Part shown: positions 52,465 to 64,000 of the stretch, piece by piece
Position numbering within the stretch: the first letter of the stretch is position 1
Layout of the letters: every line of letters begins with the position of its first letter
NCBI GenBank assembly: GCA_002633005.1
Contig: NMRA01000017.1
Location: forward strand, 1,236,706-1,300,705
Source: Phoronis australis
Lineage: Eukaryota > Animalia > Phoronida
Reading direction: 5' to 3'
DNA: 64,000 nt
Program-made: the position numbers and the translations under genes
Notes under the pieces: model-generated
The model's database searches: none
Told to the model about the DNA's origin: nothing
The model's input: the letters and a program-made list of their open reading frames with translations, nothing else

Positions 52465-54089
52465 AACATTTGTCAAACAAGAAATGTTAACAACTTTCCA
52501 ACACCCAGATGAAACATAAAACACCAAACACCTCCATCTAACATTCCTCCGCAATACGTGAGGCCATGTATGATAAGTAACATCCAGTTAATCGTTTGAC
52601 AAAATAAATGCATGGTGCATAGTGTGTGTAATTTTTACTGGTCTTCTTCAATGACTGAAAAATGTTTCAAGACTATTTACAACCAAAATTACAAATGTAC
52701 ACGCACCTATGATCAGATGGTGGGAAAAGAGACAGAAAAAGCTGAACAGGGACTCTTGGACTAGTCTACATTGCAATTCATTATGGTATGAGAGCATTTA
52801 CAAGCATGTGTCCACCAGCTAACAAATATCACTGCAGGTTGCATGTGCAGTATTGCGTAAGTACTTGATGCCTGTTAGGGTTTCAAACTGGGCCAACGTT
52901 TACAATTTCTCTAACGATACTACGTTGACCGAACATTTATACACATACAGAGCAGGAAAGTACCCTTACCTATCGGGAAACCCACACGACATAGAACCAC
53001 AAGAACACTGAGTGCGACCACTTGTTTAAAATTTGGCAATGAGAGATACTATAGATTGGATCTTTTAACATTACAATAAATAAAGTTGATAGTACGACCG
53101 TAGACAATCTTCATCTACACCTTTGACTGGCAGGACAACCAACTAAAATAACTGAAGCATGACCATTTTGCTTGTCGTAAACCAATAGAACAGTAACCTC
53201 ACACGACCAAGAAAGCTTCCCAATCACCATTTGATTTGCGTACATTTTCCTTAGTTTGATTTATCTTGCCAACGCTACAACACCAGTTCTAAAACTGCTT
53301 GCACCATGTAAATTTCCCATCAAGTTGTTAGTATTGTTTCACGTACTACTGACAAGAACCAACGTGTCGTCATCCATTCCTTGTGAAGTTAACGCATGTA
53401 TCAAAATAGCTGAATTCCCAAACCACTCAGGTTTGATGTCAAAAACGGACACGAAATCATTCTAAAAATGTTGGCATGCCCTCCAACAGGTAGTTGTGGG
53501 AATTGGATATCTTTCAAAAGCGATTAATCGGAAAATGTTTCGGATTCGAGGCTCAATTGTGAATAGGTTTTTATGTGACATTGACACCAAGTACTGGCAA
53601 GGCTATTGGCTACGATAGACAGTCGAGGTGACTTTGCTCCCTTTATTTCACATAACATTTTTAACAATATGAAGCAGACTTACATGCGGCTGAGGAGACA
53701 TCCCCTCATTTATGTGAACTTTCAATTTTTGAGTTAAATCACATAATCAATTTTACTGTCTTGGGATCAACCTTGATTCAATTTTTTTCTGTAGTGACGA
53801 TGCTGGCCACACTACCAACAGCCGTACCACGTATCAACCCACACAACATTAACCAAGGAAGGCAATCTCAGACTTTAGTCAAAGGGACATAATAAATCGT
53901 CAATTCTTCCTAAGCCCGGAACAAAAAGTAAAGAACAGACGAGCCCAATTTATCAGCAACAAAAAAAGTTTTTGACACCAAAGTCTGAAAAGGCAGGGGT
54001 ATTGGTGGCTTTAACTATACATCTAGCCAGGCCTCGGTTCATACCAAAACGTCGGTGCAAGTCCCAGCCAGTCTCACTGTGCAGTAGAT

Positions 54090-57000
54090 CTACACTAACT
54101 TCTTGGCCTCAAAGAAACCCTTCAGGTGCCTCATCTGCCAAAAGCCGGTGACCAATAGGATGAGCGTTTGTGCGATGGACCACCACAACACACGCTGGTT
54201 TGTACTTTCACTTGTCTGACGGAAACGTTCTTCTCTGTACTGTAAAAACACAAGACAAACATGTAAAATTAACATTTCAGAGATACATACACCCAACCAG
54301 CTAGCTAAAGTAGCATTGAACCACCAAGCAACTTTCTCTGGCATTTAATCACCGCACTAATCACCTCTTAGTAAATGTTGTTTTTGAGGCATTACATTAT
54401 GACCCTGTCAGTAACCATTGATGGTGGGGAGCATTTTGTATTCTTATGTAGATTTAGTGCAGTGAGATTCTTTCCAGCAATTTTTAAATTTTTTTGTCAT
54501 CATCATGTCACCAAATTATTATTATTATACGGTGGGATTATCAAACAATTCCTACAGAAATGTTCAACGTCTTGAAGAGGCTTGGAATTCGAAAAACGAA
54601 CTAAATTGCATTATTCAGGGTGGTTCTCCGCTGCTGAAACTGAATTCAACTTGTTTACCTGGTATTTTTACGGTTTGTTCGTAAAGATTTTGAATTTGTT
54701 TATGTCAAAGCATTTTTCTTTAGTTTCAAATTTCAAAATAAGGTTTGTCAAACTGCTCGTCATTTCATTGATTTTTCTCCCAAAAGACAAAGTATGGCAA
54801 GACATAGATGTAGCACATTTCCCTTATATGGAAAATGTGACCTTTGACCATTGATGTAAATAAAACAATGGTGACTTCAAGCAGCAGCCAGTCGGATTAA
54901 GAGGCAATTGGGGTAAGTCCTAACTGTTTACAATTAGTTAAAAGGGTACCGTAGCATTCAGATATATTCTAAAATACACCGGGAATTCTTTTTGGAAAAT
55001 AACTTGCCTTATGCTGTGCCAATCACACATGACAATCTGCCATTAATATCCATCTTGTCAGTCAGATGTTTCCCAAATGACTGTGAGCGCATATGCACAT
55101 TTATCATAAGTAAGAGGAAGATTAGTTTTTTCTTTAGCACGTATTTCAAAAATCGTGAATTTTGTGATTTTTTCTGGAGAATGATTAACTCTGCAGCAAG
55201 CGTTGCCAGATGACACTTTCATCAGGAATTGTTTAAAAGATTTTTTGACAAACTTTCGCATTCCATGCCTCTTTAAAATGTCCATGAATACACAAAACTG
55301 CATTTCCCGTCAATTCAGCCCGTCGAGCATACTAGTATTCAAAGCTAGGTCAAGCAAAAGATGCTTTTGTGCTCTCACAATACTGGTAGACCACTTTTTA
55401 TTCCCACTTACTGAATTCATTCTTCAGCAACAATAGCTCAACGCTACCTTCTAAGTTCAGAAATCCCTTGTAAACCGAGTATCTATTATAACTAGACTGT
55501 AGGCGCCAACTACAACCTCCAAATGACAGACATTTGTGATGTTCCTAAGATGGTGTACTGCCTCTGCTTGTGGCCTGTTCAAAGATAGAGCCAGGTTCCA
55601 ACTAAATCCACTGATGCTTGGATGTTCAACAACCAACATGCCCAGTCCTTACCCGTTGGTAGTTCTGTTCCTTTTGTATCTGTTCCACCTGATCTAGTAA
55701 CTGCCTCATCCTCAGTTGTAGTTCAGTCAGCTTGTCCTTGGTGGCTATCTGTTGGTAGTCATTGGCATGCTCTCCCACTTGGATGTCCAGGTGGACTCTC
55801 TACAAGAAAAGGAGCAAATGTTACTGCACGGTGGACATTCTTACATTTGTTACCAATGAAGGATAAATAATCAATGCACAAAATTCTTAAACAAAATCAG
55901 TAATAGTCACTCACAGGTGTCCTGTGAACCAGTTTTCTCCACTGGAACCCTGTAAGTAACTATTTTCATAACACCTACAGCAGGCCTGGGAACCGCCAAC
56001 GAGATGGTTAGAGTCATGAATAAACAGGCAGACTAAAATCTCTAGTACATTTCTGATGGTAAACCAGCAAAATGACCGTCACAGTTACATGACATTAAAC
56101 AAACTTCATTTTAAAAGAACAGGAAGACTGATAGTGAAAATGCAAACGTTCCCAGTTCAGTGGTATGTTTGTATTGATGAGGCTAAGTTTACACCCTAAA
56201 CTGATGAAAACAGAGGAAACGGTTTAGCTGAACACAACAGAATTTCATGATATAACAAATTTTCAATAAAAACAATAGATGGCTCACACCATGTCAGGTC
56301 ATTGGAATTGCTGGCATAAAACAAGTCACAGGCATAAATACTTCATTCTAGTCCATCCAGATGAGATTTCAGGGTAACACTAAGTAGACAACCTACCAGC
56401 TGACCACCTCCAAACCAAGCCGTAGAGTTTGAATGAAGACAGATGACGTGTTCTCCTGCTGAGTGAGACGTGAAGGTGAATCGGCCCTCAGCGGCATAGG
56501 TCTGTAATGTAAAGCACTTGCATGTAAACAATATGAAAGGAAGAAGTTAACAGTAACACTCAATATATTTACTTTTATTTTTACTGTAATATTTAAGTAC
56601 ACCTTGATGACTGGAAACTTTTAGGAAAGTGCAGAAACATCAACGATGCTCCTACCACTTGTGTTTAGCTTAAAACTTTATGAAACGAAATTTAATGGAA
56701 ACTAATTTAGTCAAAACTTTTTCCCACAAGATGCTACTTCAACCCAAAATCAAATTTTCAAAAATTTTAAGTTTACTTTTGAAGGGGTACCACAAAAAAG
56801 TCTAGAACATCGACAACAATCTTCAGTTATTATAAACTATCTTCAAAAATGTTACACACTGTATCATCATACTTAAATTTTTACAATACAGACTGCAATA
56901 TTTTCACAGTAAATGGTATTATAAAAAGTAGAAAAATTTCTAAGAAACATCACAAAAAGCATTTTAACCAGACGCACCCCCATAAAACCTGCACATAAAT

Positions 57001-59944
57001 GTATTACTGATGCAACAAACGTGACACAGACTTCCAGTCATAATTAAAAAAATATTAGCCTTAAGTTTACCATTCCACCAGATTTTTATTTCTCCTGATT
57101 TTTAGCAATCCGTACAACTTGCAAATGATTTTCTCAGAAACCAATTATGAAGTAGCCACCCCTATTTGACTAGAATTGCCAAACACGATAATTTCAATAT
57201 CTGTTTCAGTTATGGCATGAGTCTCACAAAGTACTAGTAGGCCCAATTCTTGTTCGCCATCATCATTTTTACTAATACATTACCATGCTAGTATGTTTTT
57301 CTTCAAACAGATTGCCACTCCCCTGATTATAACTTAAATTGCTACTAGTATGTTACAGGGTTTGGAATGACCAATGAAAAGAGGAAAACGTTCCAGATGA
57401 CGTATCCTTCTACAAATAGGCTTATGTGATAGAAATATTTTCATGTTGTAAAAATTTAGCTGCAAGAAACATTTTTTTGCACAAATGAAGACAAAATAAT
57501 GATAAAAAAGAGATGAAGAAGAAACTGGAAACCAAATAAGAGGAATTCAAAACCAGAAAAGAGGAAATCCTCTTAAAACAGGAAAATTCCAAGCCCTGAT
57601 GTTAGCAAATTATGCAATAGGACAAAATGACGTGAATTCTCAGTCAAGACGACTGAGTTTAAGTGGAATACCCAATAAAGTGGAATTCATGGTCACGGTA
57701 ATTGAGACTGATGATTCATGACAAGTCATTACACGCAAAGTCCACGTAATTTTACGCAATTATTTTTAGCATACATGACTCCCGTCCACCACAACGATTA
57801 AGCCACGCAGTTGAACCACTACCATTCACACTTCACTTACCCACCCTCACTCGTATCAAGTATTGTGCTTTATAGACCCATCTCATAAGTCACAGTAAAA
57901 TCTCACCAATTTAGGAGACCAATATGGCCAACAAGTGGACATGTTGTTTTTTCAGTTTTTATAAAAAAGAAGCGGCACCAAATAAATGCTATATAATTAT
58001 TTAGCATATATATCATAGCCATCATCAGATAATAAATCTGAAAAAATGTGGGCATTTGTAAATATGTTAGAAGCAACTGAAAAAAGAAAAATTTTGGGAA
58101 CGATTTTCGTCCGAAACTAGTGAGATTTTACCAAACTCGTGTATTAATTGACGAAGCGAAAACGAGACTAAGCTAGATTGCAGGCAACCTGGATTACCAT
58201 GGCTTGAGTGATCACACAAGGTTCTCAGAACTAAACGCGGTGAATATTAATGTGTTCCGCTTGGCAACAGTAACGCCAGAGCTCACAGTGACTTTATCTT
58301 TCATTACTTCCCACCAGAAAAGAAAAAAGAAATAAGAAAACAACCATAGGATACAATGGAGGACACTAGCCAAGCTAGGCCTACTGTAACTCTCTCGACT
58401 ACTGACGATGAATAAACATTTCTTGATCAACCAACTTGAGACCTAACGTTGATTACTTAGCCCAAAACTACGACGACACAGAGAACAGATGTTTATTAAT
58501 TTCAATTAGCAAACCTTTAGTGTTCCCTGACTTCAATCCACTTCTATTAACGGTTTTATGGTTCTTTGAGTGTTTCACTTTTTGACCCCGTCTCATTTAC
58601 TTTTAAACTTAAACTCTGCAAGGATTTATATATTAATGTTCATACACATCCAAATGTGTAAATAATAGTATAATGACCTTTAACCCTTTAACCCGTTCAC
58701 ATTAGCCATTAAATGAGACTATGAAATACTTAAGACTACGGTGCCTGCACTGATACATATTTACTACACGTACCAAATAGAATCAGGTACAAACAACGGA
58801 TTGCCTGCACATGAAGTGCAGGTAGCCACTATGTTTCTGCGCTTAGTCTTGCTTTCACATTAAACATGAACATTAATGAGATCTTTTTAAGACCGGTCTA
58901 TAATGCAGACTGTCCTTTCCCAATCACCACTACCAACCCCAAAACAAAGATGGCGCCAAGACTAGTTCACCACCAGACCGAGTAAAGTACATTACCCTCT
59001 GTAGTACGATCTTATAGTCAGGGTCGGTCACTTCCACATCCACGCCCATCCCGTAAATCTCGGGCAGGAACTGCTTTGTGGTCTCATCAAATTTCTGCAC
59101 CTTATAATTACCTAGGGGTTTTGAAGGAAGAACCGATTCACTAACAACTGGACACATCACCACATAACCCACTACAGGATTGAACAATGAGTCATGCAAC
59201 ACCTAACCTACAAACAATAAAGTGTGAGTGGGAAGCCCTCCACGTCACAATGTCCAGCCAGTGTTATGTGCTACACAGACAATAGAATGAACTTTCCTTT
59301 GGTCTTAATGTAGATTCGTAAAATTGCTGTGTCAAATGTCACCTTGCCATGACCTACCTACATTCATTCAGCTTTAGAATATAGAGGCTTTGTCATAATT
59401 TTGCAGTGCTGTTTCTATCCAGCAAGTCCAGTAAACAGGGCTTGGAATGACCAATGACAAAAAAGAAGAAAAAATTTCCAGGTGATGTATCGTTCCACAA
59501 ATAAATAGGCTTGTGTTATAGAAATATTTTTTGTAGTAAAATTTAAGTGAAATAAACGTTTCCTCATGAATAAAGTCAAAATTATGATGAAAAAGATGAG
59601 AAAAAGGAAACTGGAAATAAAATAAGAGGAAATCAAAACCAAAACCAAAAAGAAATCCCCTTAAAAGAGGAAACTTCCAAGCCCATATTTCCCATGGACA
59701 GCTGTGTCAGAACACAGAGACCAAAGAATTAGTTCTTATTAGTCCTCAAGGCACAGCAGACACAAAGCTGGACAGTGACAACAGGAGGTTTGGTTAAGTG
59801 TCACGGCCACGACTAGGCGAGGTCCTACCCGCGAGAGCAGCGTTTTTTGATCAGGATCCTCAACGTTGACGTGCACCCCGAGGCCGGCCACTGTGGGGAT
59901 ATAGCTGTTGGTCTTCTGGTCAAAAATTTCTACTTTGTAATTGC
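54090..59944 (-). CDS. TMED9: p24-alpha family cargo receptor (TMED9/TMED4/eclair-like, GOLD domain); 5'-partial, exon 1 beyond the right edge
   Basis: Exons: 59944-59829 OR 59111-58996 (alternative exon 2), 56501-56397 ([35 protein letters not shown]), 55799-55653 ([49 protein letters not shown]), 54239-54090 ([49 protein letters not shown]). The FF..KKLV tail and exon structure are diagnostic of p24-alpha. An invertebrate gene is probably co-orthologous to TMED4/9/11. Confidence 0.95.
57356..57598. mobile_element. MITE (CAGGG termini, hAT-like) in a TMED intron, copy 1
   Basis: CAGGGTTTGGAAT...ATTCCAAGCCCTG termini with an ATGTTA direct repeat on both flanks; homologous to 59436-59684. Confidence 0.7.
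58996..59111 (-). CDS. TMED9: TMED exon 2 variant B (116 nt)
   Basis: ctag|GT AAT TAT...AGG|gtaatg; encodes [39 protein letters not shown]. Confidence 0.88.
59436..59684. mobile_element. Same MITE family, copy 2, between the TMED alternative exons
   Basis: CAGGGCTTGGAATGACCAATGA...TTCCAAGCCC, colinear with 57356-57598. Confidence 0.7.
59829..59944 (-). CDS. TMED9: TMED exon 2 variant A (116 nt)
   Basis: ccag|GC AAT TAC...CGG|gtagga; encodes [39 protein letters not shown]. Confidence 0.9.
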
Positions 59945-62900
59945 CTGGAAAGAAAGTGACACAGTTGAGTGGGGTAAGACATGCTGACATGCGCATGCAA
60001 TTGAAAAGCGCGCTATGTAGATAGAGTACGATAATATTTCACTTATTTTGAAAAAAATTAATTGCCAAAACAATCATTTTTCCCATTTTTCAAAGGCTGA
60101 TCACTTCATTTCAAATAATGGAAACTTTTACAAAATTATTATTTTTAACATTCCGTGAGTCGAATCCAAGCGAAAAATAAGCTATAATTTTCTTGGGAAA
60201 TTTCATTTGCCAGCCATATTACCGGTATGTGTTACAAATAGGTGAACATTTGTCTTTATATCTAAGAAGCAGTAAGATATGACAGACTTTTTCACTGCAT
60301 ACCCCACTACCAGTGACAAATGTGTGATACCCAGCTATTAACAGGGCACTAATCCCAACTGAGGAGTTTTTCTTCATAAAAATCATAAAAACCTTATTTT
60401 CTATAACCCATCATACAAAAGTGGAACATTTATAACGATAGTATTAAAGAACAGTGAATAATGCATAGCGTATCAAAGTTTCATATGAATCCCATCCACT
60501 ATTTCTGAGCCATAGCGTTCTGAAGTTAACTAAATTTGGAAAATTTTCCAGGATCCAACATAAAGGATTCGTAGTGATAATGTTGATTAATGATATGAGA
60601 GGTATGTGAACTGTAGCTATTTAAAGCGCAAGCAGGGTCAACAATCATCCAATGGGAAGAAGGTTCCAAATGGTTTGATAAAAAGCAAGTTAAGATAAGC
60701 TAGTTACAAATTTCTTGTTGCACAAAAAGCGTTACTGTTAACTGTAAAACAGTCAACTCCAATGCTAACTGTAAAACAGTCAACTCCAATGCGACTGCAG
60801 TTTTTACAGAATGCGACCATCTTCGTTGTTAGTATGCTGAAAAGGAAGGAAACTCAATCATTGAAAAAAGCAATGCAGAAGCTTGCTCCGAAAGACAGCA
60901 ACTGTTGATAAAGATTCTTCAATTTCAGACAAAAGTTAAAATTGTTCTTTCAATGTCATTATGTGTTGTTGAATGACAGAAAAAGAACAATGGTGAATTA
61001 AAAACAACATGTTGGCTAATTTGGCAGTTTATATTGAAGTTGAGAAATCTTTATCACTCTCCAATACAGCATGCAATGAGTATGACTTTCATACATAAAA
61101 CAGAATCACAATGAAGTTTTGTGAGAAACACAACTGTGATGTACACGAGTAATAAAAACAAGCTGGGTGTGAGAAACAGAACCAAACTGGCTTATGTTCC
61201 AGTTAATACTGAAAAAAGATAATCACAAAAATATAATAAGAAACAATTATTCTGAGTAGCAATTGCACACATATTTCATTACAATTCCATTGCCGATACT
61301 AACACGCTTCATTTTGGATGCTTTCAAATTCATAAAACACAAAACACTAGAGTGGCAAAATATATAGCTTGTCCCAGCAAAGAAAAGCTCTTGTTCTAAA
61401 TGCACACACCAGTCAGTGGAGGTACCTTTTACCCAAAATTAGTTTGAAATATAAGTATCACGTGGCTAAAATAAGAGCAGTTGATGATTGCATTACGGGA
61501 AATGTGGACTTGGGTTTATGAACAAACAATTCAATGTTTGCTCTAAACATTTTCAAGCACTTCATTTAGTAAAACTAACTTGTCCCAAAGTCTTTGAGGA
61601 TCAAGACGGGTTACTTGTTGTAACAAAGCGTTCTACAGCTTTCAAATTTGGCTCAATGAGTACATCATTCCACAATTGATCATTTATCAAAACTTGCAGG
61701 ATTTGGATCAAGCAGTGGAACTTAACAAGTTCAACTAATACAGACATACCGTGCACAAAAAGAACAAAAATTCAAAGCTACTGACTAAAGGATGTTCCTG
61801 TTTATAATTCAGTCACACAAACATATGCTAAAATCTCACAACCAATTTCAGACAAAAACAATCACCAAAATAGAGCTGTTTCATTTTTAAAGTGTTTCTA
61901 ACATTGCGAAAAGTCAAATTTTTGAAAAACAATATCCTATGGTAGGTGTGACCTAAAATTTGAGCATGAAAAGCATTAGTTTGGTGCTGCATGTCTTTCA
62001 CAGACAAATCATAAAATATAATTTCACTAGTCAGTCATATTGTGTCATAAACTGGTGAGGTTTTACATTATTTAGGTTTACTAAACTCATTACGCTTCTG
62101 ATACATTCAGCAGTTATGAGTCTTGTAAGACTTGTGATTGTTTTGTATACCACACACTACAGAACAAGTAGCGCAATTATTGCTTACAGTACAAGTCATA
62201 CCCAGAACAACACGTATATTGTATCCAAACTTGTTAAATTTGATCTTGTTGACATAACACAGATTAAAATTAGGTTTGAAATCCGTTATTTAGTAAATGG
62301 TTGAAATTTGTATTTACCATTCTAGGGTCTATAAGAAACAAATGAGGAATTACTAGGAGTTCACTAGAGAACCAGCTGATCATAGTTGTCAGCATACGGA
62401 AATGAAAAATATTAGTTTTTGGCCAAATTGGAAGTGGTACATCTGGATCTAAAATGCTGAAATAGGGAAACGGGAATATGACTGGGCAACCGCCAAATAC
62501 AGCATGGCATTTTTTCTCTGTAGTTGAGTTGGGGAAATGGGAGTGATACTCTCAAAAGGCATGTAATTTGTATAGTCACCGGGTCACACACGCAGTAATA
62601 CAATGCTAGACACTGAGCTTGTAAATAACTGTAAATATCGTCATGAAACTAGACATTCTGAGTATAGGATACAGCACAAAACTGAAAAAAAATATGGTGG
62701 TTCCGCCAAAAGTGGGACAGTTAACAATTATGTTTGTCTTGGTTTAGGGTATGACTTGATCCAAATCCAAACAGAAATGATATTGCTTAATGAGACATTT
62801 ACATTGAAAAAGGCCAATAAAACCTTTACTTTTATACATATGAAGCCTCGAAGGTCAAAGGCCACAGAGTCTCAACTCCTGATATTTTCTTATGAAAATC

Positions 62901-63355
62901 CTAGTGGAGAGGCACTATTTACTTCATATGCTAATCTCAACTTATGGTTAGTATATTTGGACGATTTTACAGCCCAGCAATACGAAAATGAGCCGTTTTG
63001 GAACTGAAAAGTCACTCAATATCTGTCTTTAGTGGAATTCTTGGTGTGCTGAGGAATTTGGGCAATAGTTGACGAAGTGAAATTGAAAATTTCAAGGCCA
63101 TATATAGTCAACAGAAGTACACACTTGAAATAAAACAAGCCAAATCACGAGGCACCACAAGTGAATAAGGACACTGCGGCCATGCAAGGACATGGTTCAT
63201 GATGGGCAAGCGCTAGGCAATGACCATCGCCTCTATTGGCCCGAACCAGAGGCGATGCAGAGGCTATAGGCGCTCTGTACGCCGGAAGCTTTTCGGCGAA
63301 TTATGCCTCGCACAGACTAAACCTTCAAAGTCACGTTGTTATAAATACCTTTTGC

Positions 63356-64000
63356 GCATAGAGGAACACCTTAGGAGGTTGTCGATGTGTTTAAGTCCTT
63401 CCAACTCGAACAAATACTTCCGTTATGAAAATTTTTCTTCGAGCAGTCCCTATTTCAGTTCCCAAAATTGTGAAATCAAAATTTTTGTACTGGGCATGCT
63501 CCAATTTTTACTGCGCTCCCTAGGTGATGTGACTTCATAACCTCAATTTTTAAATAGGCCAAAGGTGAGCCATTGCGGTCTTGTCATTCAAATGTTCGTT
63601 TCCAAAATGCCACCACTTATACTTGTCTTTAACTGGCGTTACTTGAAACTGTTTGTATTTCAATGAATTATTGTTTGTGTTTGATAAAAATAAATGCTGT
63701 TGATATGACATTTAATAGTGTTTGTGCACATATTTGACATTTTAATGTTTAACAACACGGCAAATGCACGGCTGGTTCCCAGCAGCACGTACGCAAAGGG
63801 CGGGAACTTCAGCTTTCAAAGTTCGCCGGTAGGATCGCAACTTCTGACCTTCGGCCTGGTTAAAAAAATGAAAATTTTGATTTCACGATTTTGGGAACTG
63901 AAATAGGGACTGATCGAAGAAAAAGTTTCATAACGGGAGTATTTGTTTGAGTTGGAAGGACTTAAACACATCGACAACCTCCTAAGGTGTTCCTCTATGC
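63356..64000. mobile_element. Long inverted-repeat (fold-back/MITE) element truncated by the window edge
   Basis: 63356-63486 is a near-perfect reverse complement of ~63871-64000; the true termini lie further out. Confidence 0.8.

Noticed and set aside
60000-63350. Assorted 60-134 aa ORFs (and similar ones at 12-18 kb, 20-24 kb and 51-54 kb)
   Set aside because: No recognisable motifs or consistent splice phases; consistent with chance ORFs in intronic or UTR DNA.
56502-64000. Third copy of TMED exon 2, or TMED exon 1
   Set aside because: Scanning by eye found no further GNY..DP-like exon and no signal peptide/LYFH-like exon in this window; a diverged copy could have been missed.

Overview
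This is AT-rich, intron-rich animal genomic DNA, most likely from a marine invertebrate, with one assembly gap (N run 2101-2368). Most entries in the ORF track are spurious or exon fragments. Manual GT-AG splicing reconstructs three genes. (1) An EVC-like gene on the - strand: 13 coding exons, ATG at 19549, running off the left edge. (2) An EVC2/limbin-like gene on the + strand: 28 coding exons, about 1908 aa, ATG 24456, stop 50643. It lies head-to-head with EVC across a very short putative bidirectional promoter (~21.95-22.1 kb). (3) A p24-alpha gene (TMED9/TMED4/eclair-like) on the - strand, tail-to-tail with EVC2, with exon 1 beyond the right edge. Introns carry a decayed THAP/P-element-like transposon and several MITE families. 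The main candidates for novelty are: two tandem, equal-length, mutually exclusive versions of TMED exon 2, joined by an intron whose ends can fold into a long RNA stem; an EVC2 ectodomain of about 890 aa with four copies of an unfamiliar Cys-rich repeat, furin sites and modules resembling bacterial DUF11/isopeptide-type fimbrial domains; and tandem repeats that duplicate splice sites. All homology calls rest on recalled motifs; no database search was run.
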